DNA from: Candidatus Saganbacteria bacterium
GTDB lineage: Bacteria; Margulisbacteria; WOR-1; JAKLHX01
Reading direction: 5' to 3'
Length of the DNA stretch: 32,000 nucleotides
NCBI GenBank assembly: GCA_026387835.1
Contig: JAPLKZ010000004.1
Coordinates: 73,931 to 105,930, forward strand
Every line of letters starts with the position of its first letter. The stretch's first letter is position 1. The notes below the pieces were generated by a model, which was not told where the DNA came from, ran no database searches, and worked only from the letters and a program-made list of their open reading frames with translations. Below, piece after piece: positions 1-8,645 of this stretch. The translations under genes and the position numbers were made by a program.

Positions 1-254
1 GGCAGGTCCTTATCCATCTTGTATGTCTCGATCTTCGGCGCTTCTTTCGGGAGCTGCCTGATCGGCGACAAGATCCTTTTTCCTATAAGAAAACTGACCC
101 AGAAGCTTCCCACCACGAGACAGACTATCAGAAGCACTATCCCTACGCCCTTCATCGAAAGATTGTTCTTTTTCTTCCTAATGCCCCTTGCAACGCCTAT
201 CTCATCGTTGTCGCGGGTCTTTTCCGGATCGTTGTTTTGATAGATATCTGGCAT
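1..254 (-). CDS. hypothetical protein with one N-terminal transmembrane segment, truncated by the window edge
   Basis: Open frame on the minus strand from ATG at 254, reading MPDIYQNNDPEKTRDNDEIGVARGIRKKKNNLSMKGVGIVLLIVCLVVGSFWVSFLIGKRILSPIRQLPKEAPKIETYKMDKDL with no stop before the window edge; one hydrophobic segment preceded by basic residues. Not in the ORF track because it is incomplete. Confidence 0.65.
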   Translation of the reverse strand, partial: MPDIYQNNDPEKTRDNDEIGVARGIRKKKNNLSMKGVGIVLLIVCLVVGSFWVSFLIGKRILSPIRQLPKEAPKIETYKMDKDL

Positions 255-271
255 TTCAGTACCAATATATT

Positions 272-1540
272 TTACACCATCAAAGAACAATGCGTCAAAT
301 GACGGGGAAATAGCGCCAGGGCCTCTGCCGCGGTAAAAAGAGAGCCGCAAATTATCACCGTATCATCTTTTCCGGCTATTTTTATTGCGGCTGTTACCGC
401 CCTGCCGACCGTTGACAATTTTAATATTTCACAGCCTTTGCCTTTCACGTCGGCCCCCATCTCTGCTAATGTGCATGCGCCCTTCGCCATGGGTCTTGTC
501 AGTATCAGAGTATCAGCTGCGCTGCAAAGCATTGATAACATTTTCTTGTGGTCTTTGCGTCTCAATATCCCGGCGACAAAAATATCCCTGCCTGATCTAT
601 TTTTGAAAGCGCTGGCAGAATCAATAAGGGCTTTTATACCGGCAGGATTATGCGCGCCGTCGACTATCACGACGGGATCCCTTCTTAATATCTGGAACCT
701 CGCCGGCCATTTTGTCTTTGCGATCCCTATTCTTATATCACTGTCTGATATTTTATAACCGGACTTTCGCAGTTCGGCGACTGCCGCGACAGCTGTTGCC
801 GCATTGATCTTTTGATGCTGCCCGTATAAAGGGATACTTGCGCTTAAGTTCAGGTCCGGACCGCTTACGATCACCAGCCGGCCCTTTTTTTTAGCGGCTG
901 TTTTTTTGATGACGCTCAGCGCTTTGCCTTGCGCGGCTGTCACTACGGGAATATTATCCTTGATTATCCCGGCTTTTTCTTTCGCGATTAATTCGATCGT
1001 TTTGCCCAATACTTCCGTGTGGTCCAGGTCAACATTAGTGATAACTGATACCAGAGGTGTTATGACATTCGTGGAATCCAGCCTTCCTCCAAGGCCTGTT
1101 TCGATCACGGCGATAGTCACATTTTCATCAGCAAAATAGAGAAAAGCTATCGCTGTAAGTATTTCGAACTCTGTTGGAAGCTCCTCTCCTTTCTCATATT
1201 TATTTATTACCGCCCGCACTTTTCCGACATATCCGTTAAATTTATTTTCCGGAATATCTTTTCCGTTTATCTTGAACCTTTCCATGTATGTGAACAGATG
1301 CGGGGAAGTGAAAAGCCCTGTCCTGTATCCCGCTTCTCGTAATACCAATGAGACCATCGCGCAGACAGAACCTTTGCCGTTGGTGCCTGCGACATGGACC
1401 GTTTTGATCTTTTTTTGCGGATCGCCGAGCTCTCGGAGAAGTTTTTCTATCCTGTGAAGGCCGAGTTTGATGCCGAACTTCCAGAACGACTCAAGATATA
1501 AAACGGACCGGTCATGATCCATGGGATCATATCCCGACAA
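272..1540 (-). CDS. folC: bifunctional folylpolyglutamate synthase/dihydrofolate synthase
   Basis: 422 aa; Mur-ligase ATP-binding motif HVAGTNGKGSVCAM, GLFTSPHL, ITNVDLDHTEVLG and DGAHNPAG, typical of FolC. Confidence 0.95.
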   Translation of the reverse strand: MSGYDPMDHDRSVLYLESFWKFGIKLGLHRIEKLLRELGDPQKKIKTVHVAGTNGKGSVCAMVSLVLREAGYRTGLFTSPHLFTYMERFKINGKDIPENKFNGYVGKVRAVINKYEKGEELPTEFEILTAIAFLYFADENVTIAVIETGLGGRLDSTNVITPLVSVITNVDLDHTEVLGKTIELIAKEKAGIIKDNIPVVTAAQGKALSVIKKTAAKKKGRLVIVSGPDLNLSASIPLYGQHQKINAATAVAAVAELRKSGYKISDSDIRIGIAKTKWPARFQILRRDPVVIVDGAHNPAGIKALIDSASAFKNRSGRDIFVAGILRRKDHKKMLSMLCSAADTLILTRPMAKGACTLAEMGADVKGKGCEILKLSTVGRAVTAAIKIAGKDDTVIICGSLFTAAEALALFPRHLTHCSLMV

Positions 1541-2156
1541 AAAAGTTAAATATCATGTTCACTATGCCGGAGATGAAGATAGACGTCCCCGGGAACATCA
1601 AAAGAAGGATGAGAATAAAGAAGCCGTACCGCTCCATACCGTCCATTATCCTTACTCCCTCATAAGGAAGCACCGCCCTTAAAAGACGGGACCCGTCCAG
1701 AGGAGGTATCGGTATCAGGTTGAACACGCCTAAAAGCAGGTTTATCCTCACTGCAAATACGATCAGTTCCTGCAGCATACCCGTTAATTCGCCGGCCGGA
1801 AAAGGAACGAACCTGAGAAAAAGCGCCATGATAAATGCCAGAGTGAAATTGGCAAGAGGTCCCGCGAGCCCGACGATCGCCATGTCCTTGTCAGGGTCCC
1901 TGAAGTAATTAGGATTGATCGGCACCGGTTTTGCCCATCCGAACACGACCGGGGACCCTGAAAATATCAGGAGCAGAGGAAAAATTACCGTCCCCATAGG
2001 ATCGATATGGACCCTTGGATCCAGCGATAACCGCCCCATCATTCTCGGCGTACTGTCCCCGAAATACCCCGCCGCAACTCCGTGAGCAAGCTCGTGAAAG
2101 ATTATCGTGTACAAAAGGATGACCAATGATAGAACAAAAAATATTATACCGATCAT
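1527..2156 (-). CDS. site-2 protease (M50) family membrane metalloprotease
   Basis: 209 aa; zinc motif FHELAHG, later NLIPIPPLDG, several transmembrane segments, PRVHIDPMGTVIFPLLL. Confidence 0.93.
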   Translation of the reverse strand: MIGIIFFVLSLVILLYTIIFHELAHGVAAGYFGDSTPRMMGRLSLDPRVHIDPMGTVIFPLLLIFSGSPVVFGWAKPVPINPNYFRDPDKDMAIVGLAGPLANFTLAFIMALFLRFVPFPAGELTGMLQELIVFAVRINLLLGVFNLIPIPPLDGSRLLRAVLPYEGVRIMDGMERYGFFILILLLMFPGTSIFISGIVNMIFNFFVGI

Positions 2157-2159
2157 TAT

Positions 2160-3026
2160 CTATGCCCTCGGATGCGCGCTTTTATAAACTTTTCTCAGTC
2201 TTTCCCTGCTCACATTCGTGTAGATCTGCGTCGTACTTATATTAGCATGACCGAGCATCTCCTGGACAGAGCGGAGGTCCGCTCCTTTTTCGAGAAGATG
2301 CGTCGCGAAGCTGTGGCGCAGCGTGTGAGGGGATGCCGAGCTTTTGACACCGGACTTTTTGACGTATTTTTTTACGATGAGCCAGGCCCCCTGTCTTGTG
2401 AGCCTTTTTCCGCTCCTGTCCAGGAAAAGGGCGTTCGATGTCTTTTTCTTCAGGAACCTGAGGCGCATTACCCTTACATAAAAAGACAACGCTTTTTTTG
2501 CCTCTTCCCCGACAGGCACTATCCGTTCTTTTGAGCCCTTGCCGATGCAGTTAATAAAACCGGATTCAAAATTCACATTATTGACGTCCAGCCCCGTCAG
2601 CTCGCTTATCCTCAGCCCGCACCCGTAAAGGGTCTCGAGTATGGCGCGGTCGCGCGAGCTCAGCTTGTCTTTTTTATCCGGCGACTCGACAAGCGCCTCC
2701 GCCTCGGCCATGGAAAGCGATCTCGGCAGTTTAAGCCCGAGCTTGGGAAAAGAGATGTCTTCCGTCGGATCGCTCTGCATCCGGCCCTCGCCGATCAGGA
2801 ATTTGCACAGTGATTTTATGGCCGCGAGGTTCCTTGATATCGATGAAGGGGACATGCCTTCCCTGCTCAGATCGCCGATAAAACTGCTGATCCCTTTTTG
2901 CGTCAGGGGATACTTTAAAATTTTTGACAGGTCGTTCCTGTATGACGAGACCGTATTCGGAGAATAGCCTTTTTCGACTTTTATGTATAGGAGAAACTCG
3001 TCGATGATCTTTTTATTGTCTTCCAT
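2160..3026 (-). CDS. xerD: tyrosine site-specific recombinase, XerC/XerD type
   Basis: 288 aa; N-terminal SAM-like domain, catalytic core LYGCGLRISELTGL, HTLRHSFATHLLEKGADLRSVQEMLGHANISTTQIYTNVS. Confidence 0.9.
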   Translation of the reverse strand: MEDNKKIIDEFLLYIKVEKGYSPNTVSSYRNDLSKILKYPLTQKGISSFIGDLSREGMSPSSISRNLAAIKSLCKFLIGEGRMQSDPTEDISFPKLGLKLPRSLSMAEAEALVESPDKKDKLSSRDRAILETLYGCGLRISELTGLDVNNVNFESGFINCIGKGSKERIVPVGEEAKKALSFYVRVMRLRFLKKKTSNALFLDRSGKRLTRQGAWLIVKKYVKKSGVKSSASPHTLRHSFATHLLEKGADLRSVQEMLGHANISTTQIYTNVSRERLRKVYKSAHPRA

Positions 3027-4137
3027 CTGCCGCTTCTTGGATCGCCCCTATTAAAAGCTCGGTCCCCGTAACGAGGTCTCCGACGGCGATACATTCTTTG
3101 GCGGTGTGCAGGTTGTGAGCTCCGACCCCGATGATCACCGAGGGGATCCCCATTTCGTTGAAGATATTAGCATCACTTCCGCCGCCTGTCATTCCGGTCT
3201 TTATTTTTATCGATGACCTTCTCCCCGCCTCCCTGAAATATTTTACGGCGGGTGACGATTCTTTTATGCTGAAAGAATTATAGACGGGCTCGACCTTCAT
3301 CCTCAAAAAAGCCTTATGCTTCCTGCAGGTCTTTGAGAGGATCTTGGTCATATTGTTTATCTGTTGTTTCAGTTTTCTTTTGCTGTGGCTCCTGACTTCT
3401 CCTTTGATAAATACCCTGTCCGGGATTATATTGGTCGCGGTCCCGCCCTCGATGATCCCCACATTTGCGGTCGTGATCCTGTCGATACGCCCTATTTTCA
3501 TCTTTGATATCGCTTCGCTTGCCACTTTTATGGCGTTTATCCCGCGCTCCGGATGGACACCCGCATGAGCGGCCCTTCCATGGATATTCGCCTCAAAGTT
3601 AAGCTGTGAAGGAGCCGCGCACAGGATAGTTTCCACGGCCCCGCCGTCCAGGACATATCCGAAGTCGGCTCTCAGGTGCCTGAAGTCGGCGTTCTTTGCT
3701 CCTGTTATCCCGATCTCCTCCGCCACTGTAAAACATAATTTTATATCCCCGTGAAGTATATTTTTTTCTTTTAAGACCTTTAAAGCCTCAAGTATGGCGG
3801 CCACTCCGGCTTTGCAGTCTGCCCCGAGTATAGTGGTGCCGTCGCTGGATATCACACCTTTTCTGATGACGGGATGTATCCTGCCGTCGTGGACGACCGT
3901 ATCGATGTGCGCGTTCAGCAGTATACCGGGCGCTTCTTTTACCGTCCCTTTTACAGCGGCATACAGATTACCACAGTTCCCTCCGAAAACATCGCCCGCA
4001 TCGTCGAACCAGCTCTTGATCCCCAGCTTCGCCAGATATTTTTTAATGAACAGCCCCGCATTTTTTTCTCTTTTGGAAGGGCTTTCTATTTTTACAAGTT
4101 TAAGGAAAGTATTTATAAGCCGTTTTTCTTTGATCAT
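3013..4137 (-). CDS. M20 family metallopeptidase (tripeptide aminopeptidase PepT-like)
   Basis: 374 aa; LLNAHIDTVVHDG, GADCKAGVAAILEAL, FTVAEEIGITGAKN, TGGGSDANIFNEMGIPSVIIGVGAHNLHTAKE. Confidence 0.9.
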   Translation of the reverse strand: MIKEKRLINTFLKLVKIESPSKREKNAGLFIKKYLAKLGIKSWFDDAGDVFGGNCGNLYAAVKGTVKEAPGILLNAHIDTVVHDGRIHPVIRKGVISSDGTTILGADCKAGVAAILEALKVLKEKNILHGDIKLCFTVAEEIGITGAKNADFRHLRADFGYVLDGGAVETILCAAPSQLNFEANIHGRAAHAGVHPERGINAIKVASEAISKMKIGRIDRITTANVGIIEGGTATNIIPDRVFIKGEVRSHSKRKLKQQINNMTKILSKTCRKHKAFLRMKVEPVYNSFSIKESSPAVKYFREAGRRSSIKIKTGMTGGGSDANIFNEMGIPSVIIGVGAHNLHTAKECIAVGDLVTGTELLIGAIQEAADGRQ

Positions 4138-4175
4138 TATAGGAAATTATAGCACTATAGAAGCGGCACCGGTAA

Positions 4176-5402
4176 TTATCGGCTGACCTTCATAGCGCAG
4201 TAGTCGCCGCACATCGTGCACACGTCTTTTCTTTTTGAGGAAAGCCTTTTGTGGTAGGAACGCGCTTTTTCGCTGTCAAGCGCGAGTGAAAGCTGTTTCT
4301 GCCAGTCAAGGGCTTTTCTTGCCTTTGACATCTCGTAGTCCCTTTTTAACGCGCTTTTTATGCCTTTGGATATGTCGCCGATATGGGCGGCGATCCTTGA
4401 GACTATTATCCCTTCTCTCACATCGTCCGCAGTCGGGAGCCCCAGATGTTCTGCAGGAGTGACATAGCAAAGAAAATCGGCCCCGGCCGAAGCAGCAAGA
4501 GCGCCTCCTATAGCGCACGCCACGTGGTCATACCCAGCCGCGATATCTGTCGGAAGCGGACCAAGGACATAGAAAGGAGCGCCGGCGCAGATCTTTTTTT
4601 CCAGCTTCATCTGGTCGATGATTTGGTTTATAGGGACATGACCCGGACCTTCGATAATAACTTGGACTCCCGCCTTTCTTGCTCTTTCCGCCAGTTTCCC
4701 TAATATTTTCAGCTCCTCTATCTGCCCGGCGTCGCCCGCATCAAAGATCGAACCCGGCCTGAGCCCGTCGCCGAGGCTTATCACGACACCGTATCTCCTG
4801 CAGATATCAAGGACCCTGTCATACTGTTCAAAGAGAGGATTTTCTTTTTTGTGCTTTTCCATCCACGCGTAAAGGAGCGCGCCTCCCCTGCTCACTATCC
4901 CCATCAGTCTTTTTTTCTTTTTTATCTCCGCAACGGACCTTTTTGTGACCCCGCTGTGGATAGTCATAAAGTCGACCCCGTCAGCCGCTTGTCTTTCGAT
5001 GACGTCTAGCATTGTCTCCGCAGTGAGTTTTTCGATCCCGCCGGCTTCTATTACAGCTTGATATACGGGGACCGTTCCCAGAGGGACCGGACAATTTTCA
5101 AGTATTTTCTTCCTGATCCTGTCGATATTTCCTCCTGTGCTCAGGTCCATCACCGCGTCCGCTTTGTATTTTATGCAGACTTCGAGCTTCTTTAGTTCGC
5201 TGGCGAGAGAAGGGTAATCCTGTGAAGTGCCGATGTTCGCGTTAACTTTTGTAAGAAGACCTTTTCCCACACCGGCCGGTTTGCAGTTTTTGTGGAGCGG
5301 GCTTTTCAATATGACGATCGTCCCGTTCTTCAATCCCTGCTCGATCTGTTTTACGGGCAAGTTCTCGTCTTGAGAGATCTTTTTAATGTAGGATTTATTC
5401 AC
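4176..5402 (-). CDS. thiC: ThiC family radical SAM protein (phosphomethylpyrimidine synthase; BzaF-type not excluded)
   Basis: 408 aa; GTSQDYPSLASELKKL, VTMTIHSGV-type FMTIHSGVT, SLGDGLRPGSI, EGPGHVPINQI, YDHVACAIGGALAASAGADFLCYVTPAEHLGLP, C-terminal [4Fe-4S] motif CTMCGDYC (CX2CX4C). Confidence 0.9.
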   Translation of the reverse strand: MNKSYIKKISQDENLPVKQIEQGLKNGTIVILKSPLHKNCKPAGVGKGLLTKVNANIGTSQDYPSLASELKKLEVCIKYKADAVMDLSTGGNIDRIRKKILENCPVPLGTVPVYQAVIEAGGIEKLTAETMLDVIERQAADGVDFMTIHSGVTKRSVAEIKKKKRLMGIVSRGGALLYAWMEKHKKENPLFEQYDRVLDICRRYGVVISLGDGLRPGSIFDAGDAGQIEELKILGKLAERARKAGVQVIIEGPGHVPINQIIDQMKLEKKICAGAPFYVLGPLPTDIAAGYDHVACAIGGALAASAGADFLCYVTPAEHLGLPTADDVREGIIVSRIAAHIGDISKGIKSALKRDYEMSKARKALDWQKQLSLALDSEKARSYHKRLSSKRKDVCTMCGDYCAMKVSR

Positions 5403-5956
5403 TAATATGTGATGTGTTCTTTTTTAAGAAGCTTTTTCCAGAATTTCTTTCCTAATATTTTTTCCTTCTCCCGGACTTTTTTCGCCGCTTTTACCGCGAG
5501 TTCGACGGCCTGCTCTGGGGTCTTGACGTATTTTATCGGTATCCTTTTGTGCCCTTTCCGCATAAAATGCCAGGTGTTTATCCCGAACGTCGGTATCTTG
5601 TAGCTAAGCGCGTAAGCCATCTCGCAAAGTGTGCCGTAGCTTCCTCCGATCGCGATCACCGCCTGTCCGCTTTTTACGACAAGCTTGTTCCGGCCGTAAC
5701 CTATCCCGGTAACGACGGGGATATCAATATATTTGTTCGCCTCGTATCTTTTTCCACTGGGGAGTATTCCGACCGTTGTCGCGCCCGGATGTTTCTTTGC
5801 TCCTTTGCAGATCGCCTCCATGACCCCTATCCTTCCCCCGCAGAATATCACAGCTTTGTGTTTTGCGAGAAGTTCACCCACTCTTTCCGCTATCTTATAA
5901 TTCTCTTTTGAAGCAACGCTCTCGCCTATCACTGTTATAAAAAGTCTTTCTTCCAT
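5402..5956 (-). CDS. TIGR00725/LOG family (lysine-decarboxylase-like fold) protein
   Basis: 184 aa; FCGGRIGVMEAICKGA, GRNKLVVKSGQAVIAIGGSYGTLCEMAYAL, matching the LOG/PGGxGT-like Rossmann family; 1-bp overlap with the ThiC gene. Confidence 0.85.
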   Translation of the reverse strand: MEERLFITVIGESVASKENYKIAERVGELLAKHKAVIFCGGRIGVMEAICKGAKKHPGATTVGILPSGKRYEANKYIDIPVVTGIGYGRNKLVVKSGQAVIAIGGSYGTLCEMAYALSYKIPTFGINTWHFMRKGHKRIPIKYVKTPEQAVELAVKAAKKVREKEKILGKKFWKKLLKKEHITY

Positions 5957-6008
5957 GTTTTTCTCCCTTTGAAAGTTTATTCGTCGATTTCTTTGATTAT
6001 AGCAAAAA

Positions 6009-6041
6009 TGAGTGAAATTTCCAAAATATCGTGTCGATATA
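6009..6041 (+). promoter_or_regulatory. putative operator/promoter motif TGAGTGAAATTTCCAAAA-N8-CGATATA, copy 1
   Basis: 18 identical bases plus 7 identical bases at the same 8-nt spacing as 7058-7090; both copies precede the start codon of a sugar-catabolism gene. Confidence 0.5.
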
Positions 6042-6073
6042 GACTTGACTGAAAATAAAAGGAGAAAAGGAAT

Positions 6074-6910
6074 ATGGGATCATTAAGTGTTATGTTGCCG
6101 AAAGGTCTCGCAAGATTCAATCTGAGTGGAAAAACCGCTGTAGTCATCGGCGGCACAGGCGCGCTCGGAGGAGCTATAGCACAAGGATTGGGCGAAGCGG
6201 GAGCCAGGATAGCCGTACTTGGAAGGGACAATACTCGCGGAGATCTAAGAGTCAGATCGATACAGGAACAAGGAGGAGCAGCTGCTTTTTTTAAGGCGGA
6301 CGCGTTAGACAGGCTTAGTTTGGTGGATGCTCAAGGGATGATTGTTAAAAGGTTCGGCCAACCGGATATCCTTGTTAATGCGGCCGGAGGCAATAAACCC
6401 GGGGCTGTTTTAAAAGCAGATCTTCCATTTGGGAATCTTGCATTACATGATTGGGCTGAAGTATTCAATCTGAACCTCGTGGGTGGGGTATTTTACCCGT
6501 GCCAGGTATTCGGCACCGCGATGGCAAATCAAGGGCGGGGCAGTATCATCAACATCGCAAGTGTAGCAGCTCATCTTCCGTTGACAAACGTAATCGCGTA
6601 CTCTTCCTCTAAAGCGGCTGTTTTGAACCTCTCGCAGTTCCTTTCGACGGTCTGGGCCACCAAAGGGGTCAGAGTCAACACGATAACCCCGGGGTTCTTC
6701 CCGGCGGAACAGAACCGCAAATTATTGTTTGAAGATGATGGCTCACCAAAACCCCGGGCTAAAGCGATCTGGAGCCATACACCGATGGGACGTTTTGGCA
6801 AACCTGAGGAGCTGATGACCGCGGCAATATTTCTTGCGAGTGATTTCAGCAGTTTTACGACCGGTTCCGACATTCGCGTTGACGGCGGGTTCCTGAGCAT
6901 GACGATATAG
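6074..6910 (+). CDS. SDR family oxidoreductase (D-mannonate/fructuronate oxidoreductase-like)
   Basis: 278 aa; GKTAVVIGGTGALGGAIAQGLGEAGARIAVLGR, DILVNAAGGNKPGAV, SVAAHLPLTNVIAYSSSKAAVLNLSQFLS, C-terminal GSDIRVDGGFLSMTI; AAAAGGAGAAAAGG RBS. Confidence 0.9.
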   Translation: MGSLSVMLPKGLARFNLSGKTAVVIGGTGALGGAIAQGLGEAGARIAVLGRDNTRGDLRVRSIQEQGGAAAFFKADALDRLSLVDAQGMIVKRFGQPDILVNAAGGNKPGAVLKADLPFGNLALHDWAEVFNLNLVGGVFYPCQVFGTAMANQGRGSIINIASVAAHLPLTNVIAYSSSKAAVLNLSQFLSTVWATKGVRVNTITPGFFPAEQNRKLLFEDDGSPKPRAKAIWSHTPMGRFGKPEELMTAAIFLASDFSSFTTGSDIRVDGGFLSMTI

Positions 6911-6941
6911 AATATATTTCTGTCATGAACAACCAACCTGC

Positions 6942-6957
6942 GGCAAGAGTGCTTGCC
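6942..6957 (+). terminator. possible weak terminator hairpin GGCAAG-AGTG-CTTGCC
   Basis: 6-bp perfect inverted repeat 30 bp after the SDR stop, followed by CCGAGTTTTCTG; the T-run is short. Confidence 0.3.
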
Positions 6958-7057
6958 CCGAGTTTTCTGATTATAAGCATGTATATAAAGCTTATATGCC
7001 GCGTAACTTCATTATTAATACTTTGAACATGAGATTCTAAATATTTGGCAATGATTT

Positions 7058-7090
7058 TGAGTGAAATTTCCAAAAAATACTTCCGATATA
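7058..7090 (+). promoter_or_regulatory. putative operator/promoter motif TGAGTGAAATTTCCAAAA-N8-CGATATA, copy 2
   Basis: Identical half-sites and spacing to 6009-6041, upstream of the kinase gene at 7140. Confidence 0.5.
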
Positions 7091-7139
7091 TTGTCGTGCA
7101 AATATTAAATGCGCACAATATTAGCAGGAGGAGAAGAAT

Positions 7140-8276
7140 ATGAACACCGCGACTGTTTCGAGATACGGCCTGAATTTTCCGGAAAATTTCAGATGGGGCT
7201 GCGTCGGACTCGGTCATACCCGTGTAAGATTGAATCCCGGAACACAGGCTTACAGCCACTTGGATCCCGGAGCAAGGCTGCAGTGCATAGGCCCGACAGG
7301 CGGCGAAGCGAACGTTGCAATAAACCTTGCTGACAGCGCGGGGCTCAATACTACCATGCTGACCGCGCTGGTCAAGGGTGATCCCTGGTACGGAATGATC
7401 AAAAGAGGATACGGAGCCATGGGGGTTAATACGGACTATGCAAAAATATTTGATTATAAGCCGAGAGGTCCGGTACATGGCACTGTCTTCAGCCCTCTCG
7501 GGTACGGAGAAGAAAGCCCTGAGGTCACTTACCATGTAGCAGGCGAAGCAGCCGCACAGCTTGGACCTGCTGATTTTGACTTTGATCAGGTATTTTTCCC
7601 CGGTGCTGCATTCGCTCATACCGGCGGTATCTTTCTGACCGTCGGTGTTAATACACCGGAATTGATAATCAATTTTCTTGAGTCTGCCGGAAAAAATGAT
7701 GTCATCAGGTCGTTCGACCTGAACTGGCGTAAAAAACTCTGGGCCGATAATCCCAACCAAGCTAATGCGCAAAAGATCTACAGGGATATCGTCCAAAGAG
7801 TGGAGATCCTTGAAGGCAATAAAAGCGATCTGGCCGACGCGCTTGGCATCGAAGGATTTCAATCCGGGATGGCAAAAAAAACAGATCCTCTTGATCCGAC
7901 CCCGCACATGGTCATGATCACGGAGACCGTGAAACAATTTCCGAACCTTAAGGTCGTGCTGACGAACCTTCGCCATGAGATCGACACCAACCACCAGCTA
8001 TGGAGCGCTCTAGCATGGGTCAACGGCAAATTCTACCACGCCCCCAAAAAAGAGATATTCGTACTGGACCGCGTCGGCGGCGGTGACGCCACCACGGCAT
8101 ACTTTTTGTGGTCGATGCTTAACGGCAAGACCGAACAGGAAGCGATCGACATAGCATGGGCAGCCGGCGCGCTTAAAACGGCCACTGTCGGTGACACTTT
8201 AAAAGTCGGCCCTGAAAAAGTGCTTGCCAAGGCAAAGGCCGGAAGGTCCGGCGCAGCCGCGGAGATCGCGCGTTAA
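7140..8276 (+). CDS. PfkB family carbohydrate kinase (2-keto-3-deoxygluconate kinase-like)
   Basis: 378 aa; GGEANVAINLA near the N-terminus, catalytic DRVGGGDATTAYFLWSMLNG, TVGDTLKV; strong RBS AGGAGGAG. Confidence 0.85.
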   Translation: MNTATVSRYGLNFPENFRWGCVGLGHTRVRLNPGTQAYSHLDPGARLQCIGPTGGEANVAINLADSAGLNTTMLTALVKGDPWYGMIKRGYGAMGVNTDYAKIFDYKPRGPVHGTVFSPLGYGEESPEVTYHVAGEAAAQLGPADFDFDQVFFPGAAFAHTGGIFLTVGVNTPELIINFLESAGKNDVIRSFDLNWRKKLWADNPNQANAQKIYRDIVQRVEILEGNKSDLADALGIEGFQSGMAKKTDPLDPTPHMVMITETVKQFPNLKVVLTNLRHEIDTNHQLWSALAWVNGKFYHAPKKEIFVLDRVGGGDATTAYFLWSMLNGKTEQEAIDIAWAAGALKTATVGDTLKVGPEKVLAKAKAGRSGAAAEIAR

Positions 8277-8303
8277 GCTGACAGTTTCATTTGTATTAAA
8301 AAG

Positions 8304-8323
8304 AGCCCCGGTTTCCCGGGGCT
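8304..8323. terminator. bidirectional rho-independent terminator
   Basis: 8-bp perfect stem AGCCCCGG-TTTC-CCGGGGCT, followed by TGTTTTT on + and preceded by ATTAAAAAG (T-run on -); lies between convergent genes. Confidence 0.85.
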
Positions 8324-8330
8324 TGTTTTT

Positions 8331-8501
8331 CTATATACCTAAAAATACTAAAAGCAATCCAACTGCAAGTGAAAGTGTAAATCCGACAGGAATCAAAGAC
8401 TGGCTGATCGCCATTTTTTTAGATATCACATAAGATACCGAGCTCCACGTGAATATAAAAGAAATTATCAGAACGCAAAGCAGGACCGCTTTTCCGATCA
8501 T
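8331..8501 (-). CDS. small hypothetical protein with two predicted transmembrane segments
   Basis: 56 aa starting at internal ATG 8501 with upstream GGAGAAAGA RBS: MIGKAVLLCVLIISFIFTWSSVSYVISKKMAISQSLIPVGFTLSLAVGLLLVFLGI. The listed 97-aa version would run through the tRNA. Confidence 0.55.
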   Translation of the reverse strand: MIGKAVLLCVLIISFIFTWSSVSYVISKKMAISQSLIPVGFTLSLAVGLLLVFLGI

Positions 8502-8549
8502 TTTTCTTTCTCCTTTATCATTTCGTTCGGGACAAACACGTGAAAATAT

Positions 8550-8622
8550 TAGCGCTAACGGGAGTCGAACCCGTGTCGCGGCCTTGAGAGGGCCGTGTCC
8601 TAGGCCACTAGACGATAGCGCC
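8550..8622 (-). tRNA. tRNA-Glu (anticodon CTC)
   Basis: Minus strand GGCGCTATCGTCTAGTGGCCTAGGACACGGCCCTCTCAAGGCCGCGACACGGGTTCGACTCCCGTTAGCGCTA folds as a cloverleaf: stem CGGCC/GGCCG, loop CTCTCAA, T-arm CGGG-TTCGACT-CCCG. Confidence 0.95.
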
Positions 8623-8645
8623 ATACAATAAAATTATTATAGCAT

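Noticed and set aside
3794-4186. 130-aa plus-strand ORF
   Set aside because: Antisense to the M20 peptidase gene with no motif or RBS.
5957-6073. Possible TPP riboswitch upstream of the LOG/thiC pair
   Set aside because: None of the conserved TPP aptamer core sequences were seen on the minus strand in this short spacer.
6855-7994. 379-aa minus-strand ORF antisense to the PfkB kinase gene
   Set aside because: Composition is typical of a shadow ORF, no recognisable domain, and the plus-strand frame encodes a convincing PfkB kinase with RBS.
8331-8624. 97-aa ORF including MALSSSGLGHGPLKAATRVRLPLA
   Set aside because: The N-terminal part is the tRNA-Glu gene translated; replaced by the 56-aa version starting at 8501.
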